From contig CAXRHT010000002.1 of assembly GCA_964230645.1 (NCBI GenBank), positions 1,856,001-1,920,000 of the forward strand: a DNA stretch of 64,000 nt. Direction: 5' to 3'. Both the position numbers and the translations under genes were made by a program. Below the pieces are notes generated by a model, which was not told where the DNA came from, did not search any database, and saw only the letters and a program-made list of their open reading frames with translations. Positions 9,042 through 19,209 of the stretch are shown in pieces. Source of the stretch: Bdellovibrionales bacterium (GTDB taxonomy: Bacteria > Bdellovibrionota > Bdellovibrionia > Bdellovibrionales > JAGQZY01). Numbering within the stretch: position 1 is the stretch's first letter; each line of letters opens with the position of its first letter.

Positions 9042-10108
9042 AACCTCTCCCTTTAGTCTTTCTTCTTTTTTTTGCTCTACCCGCTTTGGGACAACAACCT
9101 CAATTTGATCCTCAAAGAGTGTTTAGAAGTGACGCCTTATTTCCACAAGAAGGAGGAGCTCCTAATGTACAAGATCAGTTAGGTACTAATCTCGGATTAC
9201 AATTTAGGAGACCGACCCCCTTACCACCATTACCCCAAAGGCCTTCTCCAGAAAGAAATGTGTTCGTTCAGCCTCCGAGTGGTCCCAGAGGGATCGGCGC
9301 TGGCAATGGTGGGCAAATCACTGATGATGGAGCGAATGTTTCAGACGCTTCAAGTAGCACCAATTCCGCAGAGCAAGGAGAGAATCCAAATAATGAGTCT
9401 GGGAGTTTTAACCAGCAAAGTCCTGGTGGAATGAACACTGCTCAAGGTGGATTTAATAATCCATCGGGTGGCGGAATTTCGGCGGCTAGTGTTCCTGCTG
9501 GAAGTGGTGGTCCTGTGGGAAGAGGCAGTGGAAATTATGAGGCTGACTTTGGGAACAACCAAGGGAATGTGAAGGGAGGACTATTGTATGCTGATGATAC
9601 TCCCACTCACTCTAATCCTGTCATTAACAATCCAGCAAATTCGGCTCTAAAAAAACGAGAGTCACAACGAGATCAATCTCCTCAAGGAGGAGCCTTTGCT
9701 TCAGCTGGGGCAGGCGCTACGCCTAGCGCTCCGACCGGTGGAGGTACTAGTCGCCCTGCAGCCCTACCTCAAGCACAACCGGATGGACTCTTGGATCGAC
9801 TTAAAAATATCGCCACTAATTTAGGGGAAAAGTTTTTTGGTCTGTCAGGAAGTGGCGGCAAAAATAACTCTCATAAAGGCATATCTCGAAATGTTGGAGC
9901 TGCTGCAAATAACAAAAGCCCCTCACAAGGATCAACTCCCGATATGAGAGGACTTTTACAACAACGTCTGAATCAATATCGCGGGCTTGCCAGCCAACTG
10001 GAATTTGCGAAATCAAACACTCATTTGTTTGGTAATATGTGCAAACACTACCGTGCTTACGCCTTAAAGCACCGTATTCCCAATGATGAGTCGGGTTGCC
10101 CTAAATAA
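9038..10108 (+). CDS. Secreted Gly/Ser/Asn/Pro-rich low-complexity protein
   Basis: ATGA overlap with the upstream gene, signal peptide, long disordered core, short C-terminal helical region with 2 Cys. Confidence 0.8.
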   Translation: MKPLPLVFLLFFALPALGQQPQFDPQRVFRSDALFPQEGGAPNVQDQLGTNLGLQFRRPTPLPPLPQRPSPERNVFVQPPSGPRGIGAGNGGQITDDGANVSDASSSTNSAEQGENPNNESGSFNQQSPGGMNTAQGGFNNPSGGGISAASVPAGSGGPVGRGSGNYEADFGNNQGNVKGGLLYADDTPTHSNPVINNPANSALKKRESQRDQSPQGGAFASAGAGATPSAPTGGGTSRPAALPQAQPDGLLDRLKNIATNLGEKFFGLSGSGGKNNSHKGISRNVGAAANNKSPSQGSTPDMRGLLQQRLNQYRGLASQLEFAKSNTHLFGNMCKHYRAYALKHRIPNDESGCPK

Positions 10109-10125
10109 CTTTTTATGCTTTCTAT

Positions 10126-10422
10126 TTAGAATAAGACTGTCGCTAGTAGACCCATTATTATGAGAAAGTAACTTCGCCAATAGAGCTCTTTATTTTTTTC
10201 ACTTAAATATTTAGGACCCACTTGTAATAACTTACCTTTTCTAAATTGTTCGACCTTGGAAATTGCTAACAGTAAGACACCAAAAATTGCTGCGCATAAA
10301 CCAACTCTAGCTAAAACAGATAGTTCATTAATGAGTAAGTAATTGGGCTCTAGGTAATATAAAAATGCCAACAATACCGGTAATACAAAAAGAGTGTAAA
10401 AGGTTCTAGCCGAGTTTCTCAT
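10126..10422 (-). CDS. Small membrane protein (3 TM)
   Basis: 98-aa ORF with three hydrophobic segments. Confidence 0.6.
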   Translation of the reverse strand: MRNSARTFYTLFVLPVLLAFLYYLEPNYLLINELSVLARVGLCAAIFGVLLLAISKVEQFRKGKLLQVGPKYLSEKNKELYWRSYFLIIMGLLATVLF

Positions 10423-10633
10423 ACTTATATGTTACCCGACTCTCTTCAGCTTCCAAAATCTCTGTGTCATATCAAAACAAAGAAAACTGAATAAATCGTC
10501 GACAGGACCTTGGGTGAAGGTCTTGGAGGTGTTTCAGTATTGCTTTTTTTGTTACAGGCTCGAAGCTACGAGGTGGTGGGTCGCTAAACCTTCAGGACTA
10601 TTGGCTTATTAAGAGTTTTTAAGGATTTTTTGA

Positions 10634-10660
10634 TTCAGACATGGTGGTTTTCGCCGATGA
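10634..10660 (+). promoter_or_regulatory. Candidate sigma28 (FliA) promoter
   Basis: TTCA-N15-GCCGATGA immediately upstream of the ATG at 10668. Confidence 0.45.
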
Positions 10661-10667
10661 AAAGAAC

Positions 10668-11747
10668 ATGACTGTTCAATTTAGAATTCTTAAAAAAGTA
10701 ATCGTGTTTGTGTTTTCCTTTTCATTTCTCTTTCTTGCTGCTTGTGGTGAGAGTCCTAATTCTGTTGATGGGATTGATGAGTTGGAATCAGCAGCTCCGG
10801 ATGAGGGGCTTAATGAGGATCTCTCACCCGATGAGCCCAAAGCTTGTCTTGGTAAAGTGGTGACTGAGTCTTCTAACCTTAATATCCGCACCAGTCCTGA
10901 GATCAGCGATAATATTTGTGACAGCATTGCCTCGCAAAGTTATGTGACTCTTTTAAGTCTTGAACCTGAAAACGGTTTCTACTCTGTTAAAACGGATCTC
11001 TGTGAAGAAGAGGAGTTTCAGTTTGTCTCAGCAAGCTTTATTGAACTGAGCGATGACTGTTTTCCTCAAGAAGATGAAGAAGACGACGATGACACCGATC
11101 CAAATCCTGAACCTCAAATCCTCGATGACCTGGGTCAGTACATTGAAGAGAACTTAAAATTTGTTAGTGTCGTGCGTGAATTGGTTCGTGGTGGTGCTAA
11201 GGGAAGAGTGGAGGTTTTCCAACTTCCTGGACAAGGTGAAAACCTAATGTGCGGCATTAAACATATTCGCTCTTACCGCTCCGAAGCCTTCCAAGGGAAA
11301 GACACTCTTTGCTCTTGGACAGCCGTCGCCCAAGAGTGGCAGCAAAAACACTGTCCCGACAATGCTCCCCACTGCCGAATTATGATGGGAGATGCTAGTT
11401 TTGGTGAGAGAATGCCTTCAAGCTGGCCGCACTCTACCCACAGGCGGGGTTGGTGTATGGACATCTGGCCCATGAGAGATCAAGGCTGTGGTGAAAAAGA
11501 GGTGACCTGGAAACAGTCTTGTTACAATCGTGATATGACAAAAGACTTTGTGAAGCTTCTTATTAAGCATGGGGCTGATAAAGGAAACCAGCTTTTCTTT
11601 AATGATCCTCAAATTCCTGATGTTCGTTACTTAAGTAACCATGATGATCATATCCATGTTTGCTTTAAACCCAGTAACGGTACTGTTCAGCAAAAGTGTA
11701 ATTCTACGAAAGTGGACTCTCGCTTTTGTCCGGAATTCTTTGAATAA
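10668..11747 (+). CDS. Lipoprotein with SH3b domain and MepA-like (LAS-type) zinc peptidoglycan endopeptidase domain
   Basis: Lipobox LAAC. SH3b-like SNLNIRTSP...GFYSV. Catalytic region GDAS...HSTHRRGWCMD...HDDHIHV. Confidence 0.8.
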   Translation: MTVQFRILKKVIVFVFSFSFLFLAACGESPNSVDGIDELESAAPDEGLNEDLSPDEPKACLGKVVTESSNLNIRTSPEISDNICDSIASQSYVTLLSLEPENGFYSVKTDLCEEEEFQFVSASFIELSDDCFPQEDEEDDDDTDPNPEPQILDDLGQYIEENLKFVSVVRELVRGGAKGRVEVFQLPGQGENLMCGIKHIRSYRSEAFQGKDTLCSWTAVAQEWQQKHCPDNAPHCRIMMGDASFGERMPSSWPHSTHRRGWCMDIWPMRDQGCGEKEVTWKQSCYNRDMTKDFVKLLIKHGADKGNQLFFNDPQIPDVRYLSNHDDHIHVCFKPSNGTVQQKCNSTKVDSRFCPEFFE

Positions 11748-11763
11748 ATTCATTACCTTAAAT

Positions 11764-11792
11764 AAGCCACCTCTATTGTGATGTGGCTTTTT
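11764..11792 (+). terminator. Probable intrinsic terminator
   Basis: AAGCCAC...GTGGCTT stem followed by T residues, just after the stop at 11747. Confidence 0.5.
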
Positions 11793-11898
11793 CAATTGAG
11801 GCTCTCTTGCTCCTAAGATGGGCTTTTTTTAAGTTTAAACACAAATATTTAATCTTCAGTGCAATCAAAATCAGCAAAAATCAGTCATTCTTTAATGC

Positions 11899-12288
11899 AT
11901 GACTTGGATGCGTTTACTTATATTTTTACCTTTATTCTCGTGTGCGGTTGTTCCCGCGATTGCTAACACCGATGACTCCCGCAAAGGAGAAAGTCTTGAG
12001 TACTCAACCATTGAGCAAGCACAAAAAAAACTCAATGAGTTTGGATACGAGCTTGTTGAAGATGGAATTCTTGGCTTTCAAACTCGCAATGCTATTTCGA
12101 AGTTTCAACAAAACCACAATCTCGATCCCAATGGTCGACTTGACCAAAAAACTCTGCAAGCACTCGGGGTGGAAGACGATGGACATGTGGGAGTTCCCAC
12201 GGCCATGAATCCCAACGATTTAACACGCACCACTTCTCAAGATAAAAAGATGGAAAATTCAAACCAGAAGGAAAATAACAATGAATAA
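11899..12288 (+). CDS. Peptidoglycan-binding domain (PG_binding_1) protein
   Basis: AQKKLNEFGY..EDGILGFQTRNAISKFQQNHNLDPNGRLDQKTLQAL, with an N-terminal signal. Confidence 0.85.
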   Translation: MTWMRLLIFLPLFSCAVVPAIANTDDSRKGESLEYSTIEQAQKKLNEFGYELVEDGILGFQTRNAISKFQQNHNLDPNGRLDQKTLQALGVEDDGHVGVPTAMNPNDLTRTTSQDKKMENSNQKENNNE

Positions 12289-12805
12289 ATGGATTCTCAT
12301 GAGTCTTTTAATTTTTACCCTTCCCGCCTGCCAAACGGCCACACCTTATAAGGCTGCCAGCAAGGGGAATTCTTTTTATGGATACAAAGCCAAAAAACTA
12401 GGGCCCGATACTTATAGGGTTAGTTTTAGAGGAAACGAACACACCTCACGTCAACAGGTTGAACGCTATATGTCCCTGAGAGTGGCAGAACTAGCCAAAG
12501 AAGAAAACAAACAGTATGTGGAATTTTTAGAAAGAGACTCCAAAGAAATCACTGAGGTGGATAAAGATTATCGAAACGTCACCTACCCTTACCCGAGTGT
12601 CTATGGGTCAATGAGCATTAATCGCTTTCGCTATCCCTACTATCCCGTAGGTTATGGCTGGTCTTATCAAGCTCAACCGGTCATCGATATAGAGGAGAGA
12701 TACACTTCAACGGCTTATGTGAGATTTCACGATAAGCTTGAAAAAGGCGAGGAGTTTGTTTCTCGAAATATTATTCTTGATAACGTTGAAACTTCAAAAC
12801 AGTAA
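12281..12805 (+). CDS. Lipoprotein, CC0125/CC1285-like family
   Basis: Lipobox LPAC. Pattern TPY...GY..KLG..YRVSFRGN.TSRQQV..Y..LR.AELA. Confidence 0.7.
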   Translation: MNKWILMSLLIFTLPACQTATPYKAASKGNSFYGYKAKKLGPDTYRVSFRGNEHTSRQQVERYMSLRVAELAKEENKQYVEFLERDSKEITEVDKDYRNVTYPYPSVYGSMSINRFRYPYYPVGYGWSYQAQPVIDIEERYTSTAYVRFHDKLEKGEEFVSRNIILDNVETSKQ

Positions 12806-12839
12806 ATTCAACACTAGTATTTATTAACAGGAGAAACCC

Positions 12840-13091
12840 ATGCCAGCCGAACTAACACCCTCTATAACTAAACTCTACTCTCAGACGAAACAAAGCTCCG
12901 GAGCCACAAACAAATTTTTGTTTGGACTCTCCGCTGCTGCAATCTTAATGACCCAAAAGAAATACTTTTCAAAGCCCTCTCTCGGAACGGCTTTGGCTTC
13001 CACTCTTTTTACCTGGGGCGCTTTTAATTTAGCGACTCATCTTTTTGTTGAAAACGACATCGAAGATCGTCTTCCTAAACGCTTAAAGTAG
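12840..13091 (+). CDS. Small hypothetical membrane protein
   Basis: AGGAGA RBS and two hydrophobic segments. Confidence 0.55.
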   Translation: MPAELTPSITKLYSQTKQSSGATNKFLFGLSAAAILMTQKKYFSKPSLGTALASTLFTWGAFNLATHLFVENDIEDRLPKRLK

Positions 13092-13202
13092 GAAGTAACT
13101 GGTCCCGAGATTTCGTTGATGATTGTAGATTTGGCGATCTTAAAGTTCACTTTTCAAATAAGTGAGATCATATTACGATTGGCAAAATCCAATACTTATT
13201 GG

Positions 13203-13796
13203 CTATTTCGTGAGTTTTACTTTGGAGCGCTTGCGTAAATAAACGTCAGCTTCTCTTTCTTTTTTCTTTTTTCTCTTCTTTTTCACAACCTTTTCCACAG
13301 CCACCATTTCTTCTGACTTTTTATCCGTATCGATAAAAGAAGAGTATTTCATTTGTACTTTTATAAGAAGCTGATCGAGGTGCTGACTTAAGGGACTTGA
13401 AAGTCTTTTTACCTTCGCGTTGTAACGATCCATGCGGGAGTCAGACTCATCAAGCACGTGTGCGTAATCTGGGTGCTCTTTTTGTAAATGCTCTCTTGTG
13501 CGGTCCATATTTCTTCTTAAAGAAATAAGTTCGGCGTGAATCTCTACAATCCGCTGAAGAGTTTGTTCAATACGGGCTTGCTCTCGGGTATTTTTCTTTT
13601 TCTCCACCAGCACGTCGAGCTCTTGTTGATTTTTGTAGATCTCTCTTTCAAGCTCGCGAATCTCAAACTTGTGGTCCTCCCAAGGCTTAGCTTGGGCCTC
13701 TACCCCACTTAATAAAAGGATTAAACCTAAGAAACTATAAATCCGCTTCTTCGCCTGCAATACCCTCTCCTTCGTCAAAATCTTCCTCGGGCTCAA
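13203..13796 (-). CDS. Secreted coiled-coil hypothetical protein (true start probably slightly downstream)
   Basis: Signal-peptide-like segment ending AQA, coiled-coil body, basic C-terminus. Co-oriented with the secA block. Confidence 0.65.
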   Translation of the reverse strand: MSPRKILTKERVLQAKKRIYSFLGLILLLSGVEAQAKPWEDHKFEIRELEREIYKNQQELDVLVEKKKNTREQARIEQTLQRIVEIHAELISLRRNMDRTREHLQKEHPDYAHVLDESDSRMDRYNAKVKRLSSPLSQHLDQLLIKVQMKYSSFIDTDKKSEEMVAVEKVVKKKRKKKKEREADVYLRKRSKVKLTK

Positions 13797-14727
13797 CGGT
13801 TTCTATTATAACCCGTTTTTGCTTCCATTTGATGTCCAGATCTGAGTATTGCAATTGTTCGACCACTCGTTTGGCTTTAATTGGATTTAGGTCGGGGACG
13901 GTGAGCTTGCCCCCCTTTATTTTTTTGATAAATTCCCCATGGTTGAGTTTTAATTTTTCATCCATAAGGACAAATTTCACTTCATCACGCAGGTCCTTTG
14001 AGTCAATTCGGGAGATAAAAATATCATACATCAACTCCCCTTCTTCGAGACTTGATTCCTCGGAGTTCGCAAATTCGGTGACGTCTACAGGAGTTGAATC
14101 TGCTTGCTGGGCCACTGGAAATTGCTCGGGAGACTCTTCCTCTTCATCGAAGGAACTCACTCCCCCTTGATCAATGGGATCATTTGAAGAAACCGGCTCC
14201 GCGGCCATTTCCACTTCCGGCTGGGATTCTATCTCATCAGCGGTATCCAGTGGATCTTCCTGAAAATTGTCGTCGTCATTTTGGTTGTCGTCTGCGAAAT
14301 GACCAAAAGCGGGGTTAGCTTCTTGATCCTCTTCACTGAGGTTATCTAACGACTCATCTTCATCAAAGTTTTCAAAGTCTTCATTTTGGTCAGTGTCTGA
14401 AAAATCATCTTTTTCCCCACTGGCACTTTGAGAGGAGTCGTCCCAGTTGTTTTCATCCTCAAAATTGTCGTTATCACCAAAGCTCTGGTCTTCTGCAAAT
14501 TGGTCGGACTCTAGGTCGGTGTCGTCGGTCGTGTTTTCAAAGTCGTCGGTGGAATCATCAGCGGAGAACTCTTCAAAATCATCATCACCCTCGTAGGAAT
14601 CGGGCTCATCGGAAGCCATTTGTACTTGGCCAGAAATATCGATCATGAGCACAGACTGGCAACCGGGACAGGTCACCATTCCAAAATCTTGTTCCAATAC
14701 GGCATCACAAGAAGGGCACTTCGGCAC
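13735..14727 (-). CDS. Zinc-ribbon protein with long acidic linker
   Basis: CPSC...CPGC at the N-terminus and a D/E-rich linker of about 190 aa. AAGGA RBS directly after secA. Confidence 0.75.
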   Translation of the reverse strand: MPKCPSCDAVLEQDFGMVTCPGCQSVLMIDISGQVQMASDEPDSYEGDDDFEEFSADDSTDDFENTTDDTDLESDQFAEDQSFGDNDNFEDENNWDDSSQSASGEKDDFSDTDQNEDFENFDEDESLDNLSEEDQEANPAFGHFADDNQNDDDNFQEDPLDTADEIESQPEVEMAAEPVSSNDPIDQGGVSSFDEEEESPEQFPVAQQADSTPVDVTEFANSEESSLEEGELMYDIFISRIDSKDLRDEVKFVLMDEKLKLNHGEFIKKIKGGKLTVPDLNPIKAKRVVEQLQYSDLDIKWKQKRVIIETVEPEEDFDEGEGIAGEEADL

Positions 14728-14741
14728 TCATAATCCTTTAT

Positions 14742-17417
14742 TTAGAAAAGCTTTTTCTTTTTCTTGTTCTTATCCATTTGCCGTCGTTGTTTACGGCTGA
14801 GTTGGCGCCCATCAGAACCACCCCGGCTTTGTTGAGCTTGCGGTTCAGGCTCAGAGTCACCTTGACCCATCATGGCCCCTCGACCTTCCTGCATCTTCTG
14901 ATTTTCTTGAGGTCGGAAGGCTTCGAGCACTTCGTTTTGCTCCTCTTCACTGGCCTCTTTTTGATGCTCGTGGCGCACTTGAACTTTCATTAGTTTTTCA
15001 ACTGTATCTTTGTTGATCAACTCGTTCATCTCTTCAAAGGCTTGGAAGGTTTCTTTCTTGTACTCAAGCAATGGATCTTTTTGAGCGTAGGCTTTTAAGT
15101 TTACCCACTCTCGAATACGGTCCACACGCTGTAAGTGCTCTTTCCAATAGTGGTCAATAGCACTGAGAAGAATGCTTTTTTGTACGTCTTCGAAGATGGG
15201 CTCCATCATGGCTTTTTGAGCATCAAAGCGGGTTTTCACTTTTTCCATGACAAGGTCGGTGAGCTTATCACCTGTAATCTTCTCTGGAATTTCCACCTCG
15301 ATACCGAATTGGTTTTCAAGGGCAATCCTTAAACCCTCAAGATCCCAGTGCTCTCTTTTCACATTCTCACTAGCGTAGGTGTCTAGAATATTTGAAGTCA
15401 CCTCAGAGAGCATATCAAGAACCGTGGCACCAATCTGGGTGTCCCCTTCTTCGTTTTTCTCAAGCAAAGCTTTTCTTCTAGAGTAGACCGATTTTCTCTG
15501 TTGGTTCATGACATCATCATACTCGAGAAGATGCTTTCTGATTTCAAAGTTGTGACCTTCCACTTTGCGCTGAGCTTTTTCAATGGAGCGAGTTACCATT
15601 TTTGCAGTAATCGGCTCATCTTCTGGCACATTGAGGGTGGTCATGATTTTTTGAATCTGCTCACCGTTGAACTTTCTCATCAAATCATCTTCAAGAGAGA
15701 GGAAAAACCTCGATTCCCCAGGGTCTCCTTGACGGCCCGATCGTCCACGCAACTGATTATCAATTCTTCGGGATTCGTGGCGTTCGGTTCCGATGATGTA
15801 AAGACCGCCGGCTTCAAGCACGACTTTTTTCTCGGCATCACACTGCTCTTGGTATTTTTTTACAGCGGCTTCAAAGTCTGGATGTTCTGGATCACCAAGT
15901 TCACTTAAAGCGAGAGCTTCTGCGTTTCCACCAAGAACGATATCGGTTCCTCGACCGGCCATATTTGTAGCGATTGTTACAGCCCCTTTTCGCCCGGCTT
16001 GCGAAACAATCTCAGCTTCTCTTTCATGGTGTTTTGCGTTCAGAACATTATGGGGAATTTTAGCGGCACTGAGCGCTCGCCCAATGTTCTCTGAACGTTC
16101 GATACTCACCGTTCCTACGAGAACGGGCTGACCTTTTTCTTGCCTTTCTTTGATGTCTTCGGCAATGGCGTTGTATTTCGCTTTTTCGTTTTTATAAACC
16201 ACATCGTCTTGGTCTTTACGAATCATGGGTTTATTTGTCGGGATCACGTGTACATTGAGGCCGTAAATCTTTTTGAACTCGGCAGCCTCTGTATCAGCCG
16301 TTCCGGTCATCCCTGCAAGTTTATCGTACATACGGAAATAGTTCTGGAAGGTGATGGAAGCGAGAGTCTGATTTTCGTTTTTGATTTTCACACCCTCTTT
16401 AGCTTCCACCGCTTGGTGCAAGCCATCACTCCAACGCCTTCCCTCCATCAATCGTCCCGTAAACTCATCCACGATCACAATTTCGTTTCCTTGCACCATA
16501 TAATCCACATCTTTTTTAAAGAGGTGAATGGCTTTTAAGGACTGATAAATGTGGTGAAGTTTATCGATATGTTGCGGATCAAAAATGTTCTCGATATCCA
16601 TGATGGATTCAAGAGCGCTGTTACCCTCTTCTGTGAGAGCCACTGAGCGGTTTTTCTCTTCCATCGTGAAATGAGTTTCTGGAACGAGCTGCTTGGCCAC
16701 CTTATGCATGGCTAAATAGATCTCGGTGTTATCCTCCGCGGGCCCTGAAATAATAAGGGGTGTTCTAGCTTCATCAATTAAGATTGAGTCACACTCATCG
16801 ACGATAGCGTAGTGCAAAGGGCGCTGCACGTAATCGCTGAGATTGTATTTCATATTATCGCGAAGGTAATCAAAACCTAGTTCATTATTTGTGCAATAAG
16901 TGATATCGGCACCATAGGCTCTTTTTCTCTCCGCATCGTTCATATCGTGCTTGATCGTATCAGTCGTTAACCCAAGAAAACTATAAACCTGTCCCATCCA
17001 CTCGGCATCACGAGAAGCTAGATAATCGTTCACCGTAACAACGTGAACGCCTTTTCCTGTAAGAGCATTTAGGTAAACCGGGAGAGTGGCCACAAGAGTT
17101 TTCCCCTCCCCTGTTCTCATCTCAGCACAAGCGCCTGAATGAAGAACATAACCTCCAACAAGTTGAACATCGTAGTGTCTCATCCCCAGCACACGCCAGG
17201 CGGCTTCGCGGCAGACAGCAAAGGCTTCCACCATGAGATCATCAACGGTCTCACCTTTTGAAAGACGCTCTTTAAACTCTGGGGTTTTTGCTTGAAGCTC
17301 CTCATCGGAGAGCTTTTTTAATTCCGGCTCAAGAGCATTGATTTTATCGACGTAAGGCCGGATGACCTTCATATCCCGATCATGGGCTGTTCCAAATAAT
17401 TTAGTAAGAAAACTCAT
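14742..17417 (-). CDS. secA: Preprotein translocase ATPase SecA
   Basis: EMRTGEGKT, DECDSILIDEARTPLIISG, ATNMAGRGTDI, RRIDNQLRGRSGRQGDPG. ATG at 17417 follows GGAGA. Confidence 0.98.
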   Translation of the reverse strand: MSFLTKLFGTAHDRDMKVIRPYVDKINALEPELKKLSDEELQAKTPEFKERLSKGETVDDLMVEAFAVCREAAWRVLGMRHYDVQLVGGYVLHSGACAEMRTGEGKTLVATLPVYLNALTGKGVHVVTVNDYLASRDAEWMGQVYSFLGLTTDTIKHDMNDAERKRAYGADITYCTNNELGFDYLRDNMKYNLSDYVQRPLHYAIVDECDSILIDEARTPLIISGPAEDNTEIYLAMHKVAKQLVPETHFTMEEKNRSVALTEEGNSALESIMDIENIFDPQHIDKLHHIYQSLKAIHLFKKDVDYMVQGNEIVIVDEFTGRLMEGRRWSDGLHQAVEAKEGVKIKNENQTLASITFQNYFRMYDKLAGMTGTADTEAAEFKKIYGLNVHVIPTNKPMIRKDQDDVVYKNEKAKYNAIAEDIKERQEKGQPVLVGTVSIERSENIGRALSAAKIPHNVLNAKHHEREAEIVSQAGRKGAVTIATNMAGRGTDIVLGGNAEALALSELGDPEHPDFEAAVKKYQEQCDAEKKVVLEAGGLYIIGTERHESRRIDNQLRGRSGRQGDPGESRFFLSLEDDLMRKFNGEQIQKIMTTLNVPEDEPITAKMVTRSIEKAQRKVEGHNFEIRKHLLEYDDVMNQQRKSVYSRRKALLEKNEEGDTQIGATVLDMLSEVTSNILDTYASENVKREHWDLEGLRIALENQFGIEVEIPEKITGDKLTDLVMEKVKTRFDAQKAMMEPIFEDVQKSILLSAIDHYWKEHLQRVDRIREWVNLKAYAQKDPLLEYKKETFQAFEEMNELINKDTVEKLMKVQVRHEHQKEASEEEQNEVLEAFRPQENQKMQEGRGAMMGQGDSEPEPQAQQSRGGSDGRQLSRKQRRQMDKNKKKKKLF

Positions 17418-17479
17418 AGTCTCTCCAAGATAAACCATTGATCTCAATTAGCAATCTTTTTACCGAATTTAGGATCTCT

Positions 17480-17524
17480 CCGAAAACTCAGGTAAGAATC
17501 AGGCTCTTTAAGCTGAGTTTTCGG
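17480..17524. repeat. 12-bp perfect inverted repeat between trmL and secA
   Basis: CCGAAAACTCAG (17480-17491) and CTGAGTTTTCGG (17513-17524). Confidence 0.6.
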
Positions 17525-17532
17525 GTAAGCCC

Positions 17533-18009
17533 TTAGTCTTGGGTTCTTAGCTGCCGCAACCCTTCAAATGTGATGATGGAAACAGAATTTGCAAGGTTAA
17601 GACTTCGTGTGGGTCCAACCATGGGAATTTTAAAGGATTGCGCGGCGCGAGGCCTCCAGATTTCCTCTGGGAGGCCGCGGGTTTCAGGCCCAAAAATAAA
17701 CCAATCCCCTTTTTTGAACTTTTTATCATAGACAACGTTGTCGGTTTTTGTGGTGAGAAAGCTGGCTTGGTCAATGATGGGATGAGTTTTTAAAAACTCC
17801 TCCCAGCTTGCATAATACGTATGTTGGAGATGCTGCCAGTAATCAAGACCCGCACGTCTAACCTGCTTTTCGTCTATGGAAAACCCCATTGGGCCCACGA
17901 GATGCAGATGACAGCCTGAGGCCACGCAAATTCGGCCGATATTTCCAGTGTTGGTGGGAATTTCTGGCTGGTAAAGGACGATGTTGAAGTTTGGCTCGAA
18001 ATTTTTCAC
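17533..18009 (-). CDS. trmL: tRNA (cytidine(34)-2'-O)-methyltransferase
   Basis: PEIPTNTGNIGR, RRAGLDYW, FGPETRGLP, RSLNLANSV. Confidence 0.95.
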   Translation of the reverse strand: MKNFEPNFNIVLYQPEIPTNTGNIGRICVASGCHLHLVGPMGFSIDEKQVRRAGLDYWQHLQHTYYASWEEFLKTHPIIDQASFLTTKTDNVVYDKKFKKGDWFIFGPETRGLPEEIWRPRAAQSFKIPMVGPTRSLNLANSVSIITFEGLRQLRTQD

Positions 18010-18605
18010 GATAAAAACAGTGCGGTTTCTTTACCCATGGGAGTTAAAGCTAAGCGGCGGCCTTTATCAACAATTAGTTCCATATTGATCAATTCTCGGT
18101 AGAGATCCATTTTTATGGGAACGATTTCGCGGCTTTTCGATCTCGAAAGTCGAGATATGTACTCCTTGTGGCGCTCCTCGAGAATGTCGAGGACGGTGTG
18201 ATTTTTCTTGAGATAGCTTTGCCAATCATTCTCTGGGACCGTCTTTAATCCCTTGGTGATTTTCTTGGGATTGAGAGTGTAACTCCAGGCCAGTTGGGTA
18301 CTAAAATCACCAACCTTTATGGGAAACTGAGTTCTTTGGTAAAGATTCTTGTCGGGTTTTTGGGGGTCGTAGCCCAAAATCTCATCCATGATGGACCAAA
18401 AAGAGTTCGTCACCTTAAGCTCTAACATATGGCCGTCGACGAGTTCACCCTCTTCTGAAGCGATTAAAGCCGGCATCCCGCAACGCAATTGATAAACAAA
18501 ACCTTTGGCGAAAGCTCTTTTTTCAGACTGGATAAGATTGACGATTTTTTTGTAGTGGGTTTGACCTTTGGCAAATGGACCGTAACAAAAAAAGTTTGCA
18601 ATCAT
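18006..18605 (-). CDS. Gamma-glutamylcyclotransferase (AIG2-like) family protein
   Basis: FFCYG near the N-terminus and the GGCT-like pattern G.VYQL..G.PAL....G..V.G...YQR. Confidence 0.65.
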   Translation of the reverse strand: MIANFFCYGPFAKGQTHYKKIVNLIQSEKRAFAKGFVYQLRCGMPALIASEEGELVDGHMLELKVTNSFWSIMDEILGYDPQKPDKNLYQRTQFPIKVGDFSTQLAWSYTLNPKKITKGLKTVPENDWQSYLKKNHTVLDILEERHKEYISRLSRSKSREIVPIKMDLYRELINMELIVDKGRRLALTPMGKETALFLS

Positions 18606-18817
18606 TTCTAAAGTCTCCCCGGCTGAGCTGCTTTTGAAGAAGCAGGGGTATAACAAAACTTAACCACGGGAGCAATCCTTGACCGGTGTGCACGGCAGAC
18701 ATAATTTTTTTACCAGAACCCCGAGTGAAATTTTTTACACAAGCCCGCCGGAGGGGGCTGAGAGAGGCTTGAAGGCATTAAACACCTGGTCTTTTTCTTT
18801 GACACAAGCGGCACTAA

Positions 18818-19177
<360 letters not shown>

Positions 19178-19209
19178 ATGATTATTTTAAACCAATTGAA
19201 GGAGAAAAA

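Noticed and set aside
10545..10615. Possible c-di-GMP-I riboswitch-like segment (TGGGTCGCTAAACCTTCAGG)
   Set aside because: The GCAAAC and GNRA elements and a convincing P1 stem could not be found by eye.
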